NCBI RefSeq assembly: GCF_004010195.1
Contig: NC_057758.1
Span: 6,625,082-6,689,081 of the forward strand
DNA length: 64,000 nt
DNA from: Chiloscyllium plagiosum
Lineage: Eukaryota
Reading direction: 5' to 3'
A program made the position numbers and the translations under genes. Of the stretch, positions 48,397 through 60,279 are shown in pieces (within the stretch, counting starts at the first letter, position 1; the number at the start of each line of letters is the position of its first letter). The notes under the pieces were generated by a model. It was not told where the DNA came from. It made no database searches and was given only the letters and a program-made list of their open reading frames with translations.

Positions 48397-50028
48397 ACAC
48401 AAAAACACACACAGTGTTATATCAATATAATCAGAAACATTAATCACCCAATACTGTTTCGTTGGTGGTATCAGTGATTGCAAACCTGCTTGTGGGGATT
48501 GGACAAACTTTGAATGTGTTTACTATTGATTTTATGTGACTTAATTTGATTTGATCTGATTTATTGTCAAGTGTACGTAAGCACTGTGAAAACGATTGTT
48601 TGCAAGCATCATAGGCAACTCACAGCAAGCAAGGAAATGCAAATTACACGCTGAAACATAAGACTTGAACAGAGAAAGACATGTGGGGTACACTGCACAA
48701 GACGTTCAATTGACAAGATTAACATAAGAATCACTGTTTGAAGGTAAGTGTCAACGAGTCAAATGACCCAAAGTGAAGCAAGTTGACAATTAGTTCTGGT
48801 GGTTATTCACTCTGTAATTTGGCCCCGTATTCGCTTAAAGAGTGAATGCATTCGCCGTGTCAGGTCTCGAAAGTGTACAGGGTAGGCGAGGAATGCACTG
48901 CTGTTGATTCTTGAAACCCTTCCCCGATGCAATCTCTCATCGTCGAAGAGCATGTGGTGTGGTGAAGTAAGGCCAATCTCTCAGTTTCCTATCTTAGTGA
49001 CAGGACCAGGCCATTTGGTTCCTCGAATATGCTCCACCACTCGAGTTAGTAATGGATGGTGAGGCAGGATTTTAACTATGTCTGAGCACTTTGTCCCACG
49101 CCAGAACCCCACCCTGTCAAAACAAGATTTTCTCCCCTTTGGAAGCCATCCCGACTGATCCTTGGCACCAGGTGTATGAAGTCGGGGGCTAGCGGCGGGG
49201 TTCGAAGTGTGGAGCGTTGTAGAAATCTACTCTTCGTTGTGTGAATCTATGATTTAAGATAATAGAAGTCCTCTGAGTTATCTTGTTGGAGACTGACTGT
49301 CTAATGTTTATTGATTCCAATCTCTCCTTTCAGATGAATAATTCGAATTTTCCAATGGATTTACTGCCATTAAAGCAGTTTGGGCAGAAGACTGACATGA
49401 GGATGCTGCAGAATCCCAGGTTGTAGGAGACTGCAAATGAATTTCACTGGAAATTGAATGTTCCTCTCGGCATTTCCTGTTGCCTGGGACGCTTCCGATG
49501 TTACGATTTAAATCGTAGGCTCGTTCCAATGAAGTTATGAATATATGTTCCCTGGGAAATGGATAACAGAACGATATACAGTGCTCCCCGGCTCGGTTTA
49601 AGTGACGGGTAGGGTGATGGGAACTGTGCACAGAGCAGCTAGTGTGACGTTACCTGAAGGATATAAAGAGAGGAGTTGTGCACCATACTTGCAGTATAGT
49701 CTGATTGATCGATGGCGATGAAGCAGCCTCTGTCTCCAGATTTACAGCTGTTGTATCTGCCGAAGCACTGGCTGAAATGGGGGGTGGGTGGAGGTGGGGT
49801 GGGGGAGTCCATGCCCAGTTTTGTGAGTTTCATGGAGACGACACCTAATTAAGCTGTATGAGAGGACACTTTCGCCAGGCCTACGGAGTCCCATAACTTT
49901 ACCGAGTCAGCATAGCAAATCACAGCATTGACCATAATCTGAGATCTGCCTCCACTTTACCCACTGCAGAAGATTGAATGGGGCTTTAAGACATAACTGA
50001 AGAAAAATTGTACTTTTCTATGATCAAC

Positions 50029-50280
50029 GCTGAGGGAGTTTTACGTGATCGAACGGTCAGCGCTGATGAAGTAATGCACTGTCAGATTGTCAGTGCTGAG
50101 GAGCTTTGCACGATCTGAGGATTAGGGCTGAAGGAACACTGTATTACCGGAGGCTCAGTGCTGAGGGAACACTCCACTTTCGGAGGTTCGGTGCTGAGGG
50201 ATCGGCACTGTTGGAGAGTCCATACTGAGAGTCCATATTGTCGAAGGTTTACTGCTTCGAGAGATCTGCACGATTGGAGG
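50029..50280 (+). repeat. Degenerate ~32-33-bp minisatellite, about 8 units
   Basis: Recurring (CAGT)GCTGAGGGA...CACTGTCGGAGG-like units. Confidence 0.8.
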
Positions 50281-50544
50281 CTTAGAACAAGACGATGAGA
50301 TGATTAGAAGAGAACGAAATGAATTTTGATCTGACCGTTCGAAAAGGTTGGTGGCTTTCGTATTGGAAAGACTGAGACCGTCATGCAATAGCTGGAGCTG
50401 ATGCTGTACGATTGACATTTCGGTTCACGTTTCTAACTCGCCTTTTGCTATTTTCTTACTGTGCAGCATTTATTGAATTAGATACATTTGTTGCGAATTA
50501 AGCCCTAGTTCCCCCAGCAAGACTCAGGCGTTGGGCATTGAATA

Positions 50545-50975
50545 GTACAGCAAATACATGCCTTTCAGCTCTCGAGGTTTTGCCGACCGTTTATCCTACT
50601 ACAAGATCAAACTAACCGACATTTCACTATCGTCCATGAGGCTATCCAAGAGTTGCTTAAATGTGCCGAATGTGCCTGACTCTACTACTACTGTTGGCAG
50701 TGCATTCCACGCACCCACAATTCTCTGTGTACATATCTCATCCCTGCAGCATCTTAAATCTTGTTCCAATCACGTTACAATTCTGGATCCTTGAGATATA
50801 CATTCCTGCCCTGAAAAAATAAACGTCTCTGAAACTCCATTTTATCTATGCTCCTGAACATTGTGTACACATCCATTAAGTCACCTTTCATCCGTTCTCT
50901 CTCCAATGGGTAAACATCGAGTGCCCTAACCTTTCCTCAATACACATGCCCTTCACTCCAGGCAACAGACTGATA
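50545..50975 (-). mobile_element. CR1 3' tail fragment
   Basis: GGCAGTGCATTCCACGCACCCACAATTCTCTGTGTA...ATTAAGTCACCT. Confidence 0.75.
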
Positions 50976-51379
50976 TTTCTCAAGTAACTTTCCTTCTTGC
51001 ACTTCACTGGATGCTCCACTAGATGCTGTCACCCAGATCTCCTCCAATCTACCAACCCTTCCTTGCCTCAGTTGGGCAAACCGATCCAGCAAGTGCGACC
51101 GAAAAAACATCCACATTTCAGCTATGCAGTTCCCTGAGAACGCCTGTTCCTAATTAGATTCTCTAGTTGTTGCCTAAAGATATTGTGATTTCCCTCTCCC
51201 ACTTAAGTATTTTCGCCAGACCCTCTGCGCGTAACACTGTCTATGACTATAGTAAGATCAGTAAGTTTTGATCACTGTCAGCAAAACGCTCTCCCAGTGA
51301 GAGCTGACACTTAGCCTGTTTCCCAGTTATCCACATATGTGAAGACGATGAAGTATGTTTGTTGAATTAAATTGCATTT

Positions 51380-53410
51380 ATTTCAATGCAAGAGGACCGA
51401 CAGGTAAGGCTAAAGAGCTCAGGGTGTGGATACGTAACGCGACAGAGATTATAGCCATGACAGAGAAATGGCAAAGAACGGGACAAAACTGACGTATTAT
51501 GTGCCAGGGTATAGGTGCTTTAACCTGGTCAGACGTAGTGAAAGGAGGAAAGGAGATTTGCATATTTTAGTAAGGCGAGTATCACAGCAGTAGTCAGCGA
51601 TAGAATAAGTAAAGCATCATCCAGTGAAACTTTGTGGGTGGGGCTAACAAATAAAGAGGGGATAGTGGCGTAACTGGGTTTGTTCTGCAGGACCATTAAA
51701 TGTCAACAAGAATTAGAGGAGCAAATATGCAATGAGAATGGACAGACTTGCAGGATCAATAGAGTTTCATAGCAGGGGATATCAATTTTCCTAAAATAGA
51801 CTGGGACAGCCCGTGCATTAGGGGCTTAGGTGGAATGGAACTTTTAGGTGCGTTCAGGAAAGTTTCCTTAAGCAATATCCAAAGGATCCTGAACGGAAAG
51901 TGGCAAAATTCGACTTAATCTTGTGAAACAGATCAGGACAAGTAACGGAAATGACAATAGAAGAGCACATTGCGACCAGTGACGATAGATTTCTCAATTT
52001 TAAGATAGTTAATTGTAGGGACAAAACTGGTTCACAGGTTCAAGTTCGAAATCGGGAAGTGCGAATTTTGACGGAAGAAGACAGGAGCTTGCACTACTTG
52101 CTTTGAGTAGTTTGTTTGCAAGCAAATGATTTCAGACAGGTGAGAGGACATTAAATGTAAGATAGTTGGAGTTCAAGGTCTATGTGCCCCTGTGTCGGTG
52201 AAAGGCAAGGTTGGCAGTAATAGGGAAATCTGGATGTTATGAGAAATTGAGGCTTTGAAAAAAATTAAGAAGCAGTCCTGTCTTAGGCACAGGTAGCTGC
52301 GATGAACATAATTTCTGAATATACACAGGAAATGCTGGAGTTTAATGAAGCAGAAAGTTAGGGGACAGAAAGCAAGCTCGAGCTAGCGTTGGCTGAGAAT
52401 ATTCAGGTGAATCAAAACAACAACTTTATGGATATTACATGTAAAGGAAATAACTAAAGACAGAATGGGAGAGTGCAAGGATCGAAGTGGCCACTTATAC
52501 GTAGAACTGCAAGGGATGGGAGATACCCTCAAAGAATATTTCTTCTCTGTATTAGCCATGGAGCAAGAAATGAAGTTTTAGGCGTTTGGGAAAGTTCCTG
52601 GTCATATTTTGGGGACACTCCATATGATAGTATAGGAGGTGCTGGATGTAATAAGATGTATGAAGGTGCATTAATCTCCTCTTCCCGATCAGACATGTCT
52701 AAGAGGACTAGCGAAGACTTTACGACCCACTGGCTGATATGTTTGCATCATTGTCTGCCACGGGAGAGATCCCAGAATTAGGGAATGTTGTGGCATTATA
52801 CAAGGAGAGCTGCAAATAAAATCCTGCGAGAACTACAGACAGTGAGCTCAAAAAATGTGGTGGATGAGGATAATCTCCAGTATCTGCAGTCTACACCTTC
52901 GCCCTGCTCTGGAAGGTTAGATTGCTTAGAATCTTGCGCAAGCTGGCCGTTTGGTATAAAATTGGCTTGATGTTGGAAGTAGAAGTGGAAGAATGCTTGT
53001 CAGTCTGGTGGCCTGTGACAAGTGGAGTGCCTCAGCGATCGGTCTTATGTCCAAAACTGTTTGTTATCTTTATAAATTATTTGGATGAGAATGTACAAGA
53101 CATGGTTAGTAAGTTTGCAGATGGCACTAAAGTCGATGGTATCATGCACTATGAGGAAGGTTATTGAAAATTGCAGGAGGACATTGATCTGCTGGGGAAG
53201 TGGGCTGAGAAATGGCAAATCGCGTTTAATATAGGTATGTGTAAGCTGAAAAATCAAATCAATGTATGTAAGTCATGGTGAATGATGGGCCGTATGGAGT
53301 GGAGTGGAACATCAGGATCTTGGAGGACCAGATCACGTTCCTCTGAAATCAGAGTCACAGGCAGACAGGGCAGTGTAGCGGGATTTGACATGCTGGTATG
53401 CAGAATAAAT
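51380..53410 (+). mobile_element. Decayed CR1 ORF2 (APE to RT)
   Basis: TATTTCAATGCAAGAGG (YFNAR), GGGGATATCAATTTTCC, WWPVTSGVPQRSVLCPKLFVIFINYLDENVQDMVSKFADGTKV. Confidence 0.88.
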
Positions 53411-54570
53411 TCTATTATTTGTTGAATATAGGAAGAGTTTATCAGATTCTGTTAGCCAGGACTTCACGACAATCAGCAGAAGAGCTGGAACTTGGGGTGC
53501 TGCTACGCAGATCACTGAAGACAGACAGAATCTGAGTTTGCAAACAGCCAGGCGGTGTCTTCCTTGTTACAGCAACACTATCTAAATGCAAAGACATTTT
53601 CCAACAATTATGAATTCTAATGACGGAGTGCGTTCGGCCGATGGATTCTTCTCATGACCTTATACACGCTTTTCTTGATCCTCTCAGATTCCACCACTCT
53701 GAAGAAAAGCAGTCCTAGATTGTCCAAACTCATCCCTACAACTCAGACAATTGAGTCTTGGCAACATCCCTGTATATTGTTTCTGCACTCTTTCCAGTTT
53801 ACTGACATCCTTTCTATAGTAAGGTGAACAAACCTGAACATAATAATCCCTGTGCAGCCTCACTAAAGTTTTGTACAACTGCAATATAACAGTCCAACCT
53901 CTGTCCTCGATGTCGTGTCGGATGAAGGCCAGGGTACCAACAAAACTTCTCAACTGCCCTCTCTATCTCTGCCTCCGACTGCATAGAAATTAGGCAACTG
54001 AACTCTAAGATCCCTCTGTTGCAAAGGTCTCCTGAAGCCCCTGCCATTCACCAGGGAAATCCGACGTTGAATTTATTTCCAAAATACCAGATTTCACGCT
54101 TATCTATATTAAATTACATTTACCATTTTCCAGCCCACATGTCCAGCTGATCAAAGTCCTGCTGCAATTTCTGGTAATCTTCCACAGTATCCACGATGCC
54201 ATCTACCTCATTCTCATTAGCAAAGTTACTAATCATACCTTGACATTCTCATTCACATCATTGGTGTAGGTAAGTAACATTAATGGGCTCAGCACCTGAG
54301 ATGTTCCAGTACTTGCAAGCCTCCAGTCCAATAAGCATCATTTTACTGTTACGCTCAGCTTCGTACCATCAAGCCAATTTTGTGTCTCATTTGCCAGCTC
54401 ACTCTGGATTCCATGTGATGTAACCTTTCAGAGCATACTACAATATGCAACCTGATCAAAATACTTACTCAAGTCCACATAGATTTGGTCTACCGCCCTG
54501 CTATCTTCAACCTTCCTGATCACTTCATCAAACAATTCTAACAAAGTTGTGAAGCATGATCTCTCACTCT

Positions 54571-54918
54571 CAAAGCTATGTGTACTGTTCGTAATAAAGC
54601 CGGCTCTTCCCAAGTACAGATGCATCTTATCCCTCAGAATCTTCTAAAGTAACATTCCGAACGCAGACGTTAAGCTTTCTTGACCCTAGTTCACTGTTTT
54701 TTTTTTTATTTGATGTCCTTATTAAGCAATGACACAACGTTCGTCACAAAGCTATGCGTACTGTTCGTAATAAAGCCCGCTCTTCCCAAGTACAGATGCA
54801 TCTTATCCCTCAGAATCTTCTAAGTAACATTCCGAACGCAGACGTTAAGCTTTCTTGACCCTAGTTCCTTGTTTTTTTTTTTATTTGATGTCCTTATTAA
54901 GCAATGACACAACGTTCG
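54571..54918 (+). repeat. ~175-bp tandem duplication (54571-54743 / 54747-54918)
   Basis: CAAAGCTATG...GACACAACGTTCG occurs twice, near identical. Confidence 0.95.
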
Positions 54919-55117
54919 CTATCCTCCAGTCTTCCAGAACCTCACACGTCGCTCATGATGATACAAAAATATCAGCTTCTTCCACCACAATTTATTATCT
55001 AGCCTCTTGCATGGTTCTCGCAAATACCTATTCAAGAGCAGGAAACATATCCACCTTCTACATTCTAATACATCCAACACTTCCTTTACTGTGATATTGT
55101 CTGTACTGAAACTATCA

Positions 55118-55257
55118 CTGTTAACTTCCTCAAGTACCCAAAACTTCATAGTTTACTCCATGGTGAACATAGACGAGAAACAGTCAGCTGTTAACTTCCT
55201 CAAGTACCCAAAACTTCATAGTTTACTCCATGGTGAACATAGAGGAGAAACAATCAG
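55118..55257 (+). repeat. 70-bp tandem duplication
   Basis: CTGTTAACTTCCTCAAGTACCC...GAGAAACA occurs twice. Confidence 0.95.
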
Positions 55258-55647
55258 TGAGCACCTCGCCCGTCGGCTGTGCTTCTGCACATATATGTTC
55301 CCTTTTAGTACTTGAAGGATCCTATTCTCTCTCCAGTTATTCTTTTTCCTTTAATATATTTAAAGTACCTCTCTGTAATCACCTTAATCTTCTCAATCGA
55401 GGCTATCTCATCCCCGCTTTCTACGCCCTCCTGATTTCCTTGTTCAGTGAACTGCTATATTCGCTGCATATATCCAGGGATTCCCTTGTTCAAAACTGCC
55501 TGTACTTAATTCATGCCTTCTTGTTTTTTACTGGTCGAAGCCTCATTATCTCTTATCATCCTGTGTTCTGTATTTCTGCGAACTTTGCCCTTCAACCTCA
55601 TAGGAACATGTTGCAAACTCACTGTTAAAGCCTTCATTTGCTAGAGA

Positions 55648-55883
55648 TCTGTGTGGAGTTTGCACATTCTCTCCGTGTTTGCGTGGGTTTCCTCCGGGTG
55701 CACCGGTTTCTCCCACAGTCCAAAAATGTGCAGGTTGTGTGAATTGGCCATGCTAATTTGCCCATAATGTTAGGTGTAGCGGAATGGGTCTGCGTGTTTT
55801 GGTTTTCAGAAGTTCAGTGTGTACATGTTCGGCCGAAGGGCCTGTGTCTGCTCTGTAGGTAATCTAATCTAATCTAACCTAAT
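55648..55883 (+). mobile_element. 5'-truncated HE1-type SINE
   Basis: TCTGTGTGGAGTTTGCACATTCTC...GGCCGAAGGGCCTG...(AATCT)n. Confidence 0.9.
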
Positions 55884-56593
55884 CTCTTTGCCTGCGAACA
55901 ACCTAATCCAATTTACCGCTGCACACTCGTGTGCAATTTCTCCAAAATTCGCGTTGTTCCAACTTATACCTTGAACCCGTGGACCAGATTTGACCGTAGC
56001 CTTAAGTATTCTAAAATTAATAGAACTGTGGTCACTGATACCAAAGTGCTCCCTCACTGACACCTGTGTCACCTGTCCTGTCATAGTTCCCAATACGTTG
56101 ACGAGTTTTGTTCCCTCCCGTGTAGGACGCTGTATATACAGCTTCAGGATACCTTCCTGAAAGCACTTAACAAATTTGACTCCAACTTAGCCCCTTCCAC
56201 ACCGGCAGTTCCAATCTATGTTAGAAAATTTGTAATCCCCAACTCTGAAAACCCTCTTGCTCCTGAAAGTCTCCTGAGTCTCGCTGCATATTTGTTCCAC
56301 TAATTATTGTTGAGTATTTGGGGACTTAGAGTGAAATGTCAAGACGGTCAGCATCCCCTTCTTATTCCTCAGCTCTACAGAGTTGTATCGAATAGTGTTA
56401 ACATGTTTGTTCAGAGATTGCGAATAATGTTAGTCTCCATGGATCCTGTCTGTAATCTTGGGAAGTGCACATCTTGACTTAAAAAGTCTTCGCTTTTAAT
56501 GTAATTTTGACATCATATGACTGGCAAGCTCGAATCCACCTCCAACTGATAACTGTGAGAGAGAGGGATAGGCGAGGTAAGAATCAAATAACA

Positions 56594-56767
56594 ATGGGAT
56601 AGAAAGTTGCTGAAATAGATTGGTACTTGAGAGCAATGAGTTGGATGATGGTTCTTCAATGGCTCTTTGTGGATCGACCCTGGATAACTGAGGCTCATCG
56701 GGTTTCATATGCAATCAGATTACACGGCATATTTATTACCCTATGCTAGCGATTGTTGGCATTCTTG
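56594..56767 (+). pseudogene. Exon 1 of a second, more decayed GPR139-like gene
   Basis: ...RHIYYPMLAIVGIL then G|GCAAGT (non-canonical or mutated donor); upstream ATG GGA TAG is interrupted. Confidence 0.75.
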
Positions 56768-57593
56768 GCAAGTTTCGCTTGTTCATTCCTGTTTGTCAAA
56801 TTTATTTTCTATAAAGATGCATAAATCTGATTCCCATATCTACAGCTCCATTCATAAACTCTGATTCCTATCCAGTGGTGCCAGCAGCACAACACTACCA
56901 CCAGATCCCTCCATTTCCAAAACTGGCTGAAAGTGAGAGATTTCACCAACTGTGCCACCCTTTTGAACACATTTTCAATTCGAACGTCTTTCATCTCTAT
57001 TTTCCAGACTGTTCAAAATGGGACCTCTGCGTTTGTAAACTGCACAAGATTGTTGTCTGTAAACTCGGAGGGTGCATGTTCCTATTTTGCATTTCGCGAG
57101 TTACAAACCTGGATTAGGCAGAAACCATACAATCTTCCCTGCTCGAACTCCACTGGTTCTAATATGGATCTCATTTTAGAATTTTTCAATTTCCTCATTT
57201 GAATTGGCTCCATAGTTTTCAATTCCGAATGAATTCCACTCTCCCCTCGACATATTACCGCCATTTTTATTCTTTCAAACTTATACCTAATTCCTAGTTT
57301 GATGTGAAGTTTTTTTTCTTCAAACCCTGCCATATCCACGATTTTAGCCGTGATTTTTTAAGCTTTATAGATGCTAGAATACATAATGCAGGGTCAGAGG
57401 TTGTTCGAAGAAGGAGACAGACAGACAAACTAACTCAATATTTCCACATTCATGTTAAACCAATGGAGATCCCAAAATAGTCTCATCTATTGTTCCTGAA
57501 TAATCGTTTCAATACAAACAGTCCCTGAATTTTAAAATTAATAATTTCATTCAAAAGACAGACAGACAAACAAATGCAGATAAGGGACAAGTA

Positions 57594-57933
57594 AGGCGCT
57601 GCATGTTGGCTCAGTGGGAAGCCCTGGTGCATCCCAGAACCAGGTTCGATTCAAGCCTTGGGCAGATGTCTGCATGAAGTCTCCACATTCTCTCTAATTT
57701 TGAAAACTTTTGCTCTCGGTGCTCCGATTACGTTTCATGGATAAAAGCTGTGTAGGTTAGCTGGAATGGACGTACTAAATTATCCATCGTGTCCAGCGAA
57801 TTGAAAGCTATGTGGGTTCGTCCAGGAATGCAAGATTACAGGGTTAGAATAGGGTGTGGGATTGGATGGGTTACTTTTCAAAGAGTCGGTGTAGACTCGA
57901 TCGAAAGAATGGCCTGCTAGCACACTGTCTATG
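57594..57933 (+). mobile_element. Degenerate HE1-type SINE
   Basis: TGGCTCAGTGG...AGGTTCGATTCAAGCCTTGGG...GAGTCGGTGTAGACTCGA...GAATGGCCTGCT. Confidence 0.85.
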
Positions 57934-57979
57934 AAATATATATTCGTACACACACACACACACACACATGTTGTTTTTC

Positions 57980-58061
57980 ACGTACTCATGTGGACACCTC
58001 TCTTCCTTTTTCTACAAATGACGTACTCATGTGGACACCTCTCTTCCTTTTTCTACAAATG
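57980..58061 (+). repeat. Perfect 41-bp tandem duplication
   Basis: ACGTACTCATGTGGACACCTCTCTTCCTTTTTCTACAAATG occurs twice. Confidence 0.97.
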
Positions 58062-59575
58062 TTGCTTTGGGTCACCTTCTCAATTCACTCGCTCAAAGAC
58101 AGCAACACTTCTGGCCATCTGGACGGTGTAGTATCAAATGAGACAGGGACATTTTTCTGTGCTTTTTCCCTTTCTCTCCGACCCTGTCAGTCTCTTTCTT
58201 CCTCCTTATGTCTCTCAGTCAATCTCTCTCTCTCTGTGTCTCTTTATCACACCCTCCAACTCTCTCTCCACTTTTCTTTCCACCTTCATCTCTCACATCC
58301 CTGTCTCTCCTTAAGAAATTATCGTCATCCTTGCCCTCCCTTGTCAATGACTGCCCTTCCTCTACTCTTGTATCATAACTCTTGCATATTGCCTTTGATC
58401 CTGGCTTCTTTCACCCAACGCCACTCCTCCTCTCACTCCTTGCCAATTCTACCTCTTCACTGCCAGCATTGGTCATTGCAAATCTCCTGTACTGAATCAA
58501 TATGACAGTCAGTTCACTTTCTCCCTTCAGCTGAGAAATGCTTCAATATGTCTTATGATGTGTAAGCTCAGTGAGAATCCTCAATGCATCAAAAAATTAT
58601 TTTTTTTAACTTGCGACCCAGGGGTAACAGTTAAACTGAACTGTCATCACTGTCAAAACACAACAATGAATGACCCTAAAAGTGGTCAAATAGTTCCCTA
58701 ACAAAATTTGACAAATAGCATTTAGTAGACACCAAGCTTCACAATTAAACAGAAGTTTACAATTTATCACCAATACTGTAATATTTGCAGAAGCAAGCTA
58801 ATAAATGGAGTCAAATGAAAGTCGTTGATTTAAACTCAGTCTTCTCTGGTTATGAACTCAACTCTCTCTCACACAGACAGACAGGCAGATGCATTTAAGT
58901 GATAAACTCAAAGAGAAAACAAAAGAGCTGCAATGTGCCTGTTTGTGAAGTGTATCATTGAAGAAAATCAGGTCTTCATAGAATCCTTCAAAAACATATT
59001 GTTTTTGTGACACTAAAACTGTGTCTTGCTTAACATCCAAAATAGCCAGTCACTGCAAGCATCTTGTCGCATCATCTGAGGACTTTTCTTTTAATTTATT
59101 GTAAACTGGCATGATTTTTCTTTCGGATCTTGTAACAATTCATTCAGGAGATAACATGCGAGAGAGTATAAAGCTCAGACACGACTTCCCAGTCCAATAT
59201 GTTCAATACATGCACAGCCAAGAACAGTTGAGTCAATGGTCAATGATTGGCTGGTCAGGATTGCTCTGCCCTTGACTAACCAAAGTTACTTTCAACGAGC
59301 AGTCAGAACTTAAGCATAACACATCTCTGCACTGAACTACTGACTGCGCAATTCCGACAATCAGGTTTTCAGAACTTTTTCCGAGTGTAAATGCGAATTT
59401 GGCTGTTCTTTCCATTTTAAAATATAGATATGCTGCCGTTTAAATTTAGATTCTTTAGTTCAGGTCACAGTTTCAAACGGAAAATGAGACCAAAAATGAC
59501 AAAATGGCAATGATCGCAAGATTAGCCACTGACAAAGAGTAGAACCTCTAAATTATTTCTTTCTCTGTCTCGCAG

Positions 59576-60255
59576 TGAATTTACTGACGAAAGTCATCTT
59601 ATCTCAAAACAAAAGTGGTCTATCCGAATGCATCATCTGTCATATATTTTTCATGAAGTGGTAGATCTCCTGGTCGTTATCTTTGAACTGATATTATGGC
59701 ATATTTAAATTGTTTTCTGGGAACAGTTTTATTTCATGAATTTCATCCTGAGCTCTAACATCCACGCAGTCATGCTTAGTGCAGCCTCGGACTGTTCTGA
59801 CTGGTTTACATTTCTTTTTACATCAGATCGACTTCTGGCCAATTTTACCAGATGCTGTAATGTAGATATTTCAGAAAAAAATTGACAGATGTCAACCTTG
59901 GAAATGTGAATCTGCAAGCTTGTGCACAGAATGTATTCTGTTTATTTGTTAATCAGAAAGTATCATTTTAAGAACACTCGTTGCTTTTGTGTTGTATGAT
60001 GGAAGGTTATTTACTCTCGGATTTGGGGAGCTATTGACTTTCTTCAATACATTCTAACCCAGGGTTGCCCTTTGCACGGATTTTGCTTCTCAACATCGTC
60101 ACTGTCAGATATATTTTAATGACAAGCAGAGTCCACAAGAGATTCATGGCCTACAGTTGCAATTCCAACCAAAAAGAACAAGAGATGGAGGGATGGAGAA
60201 AGTATATCACTTTACTGTTTGCTGTCTTAGCGAATTTCATTGTTTTTGGACAACT
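59576..60255 (+). pseudogene. Exon 2 of the second GPR139-like pseudogene, frameshifted and truncated by a CR1
   Basis: Acceptor tctcgcAG at 59574-59575; VNLLTKVILSQNKSGLSEC, VDLLVVIFELILWHI, NIHAVMLSAASDCSDWFTFLFTSDRLL, PFARILLLNIVTVRYILMTSRVHKR...EMEGWRKYITLLFAVLANFI. Confidence 0.88.
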
Positions 60256-60279
60256 TGAACAGCTTACTTGGACAGCTTA

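Larger units (their letters stand above)
53670..56380 (-). mobile_element. Decayed CR1 ORF2 with internal tandem duplications and a SINE insertion
   Basis: ILQLYKTLVRLHRDYYVQVCSPYYRKDVSKLERVQK; RSCFTTLLELFDEV...VDQIYVDLSKYFD; VREHFGISDH. Confidence 0.9.

Noticed and set aside
50029..50280. CRISPR-like periodicity
   Set aside because: Units are contiguous and degenerate with no unique spacers or cas genes, and the context is vertebrate
58540..59520. Possible solo LTR in the second GPCR intron
   Set aside because: Could not define TG...CA termini or a TSD by eye
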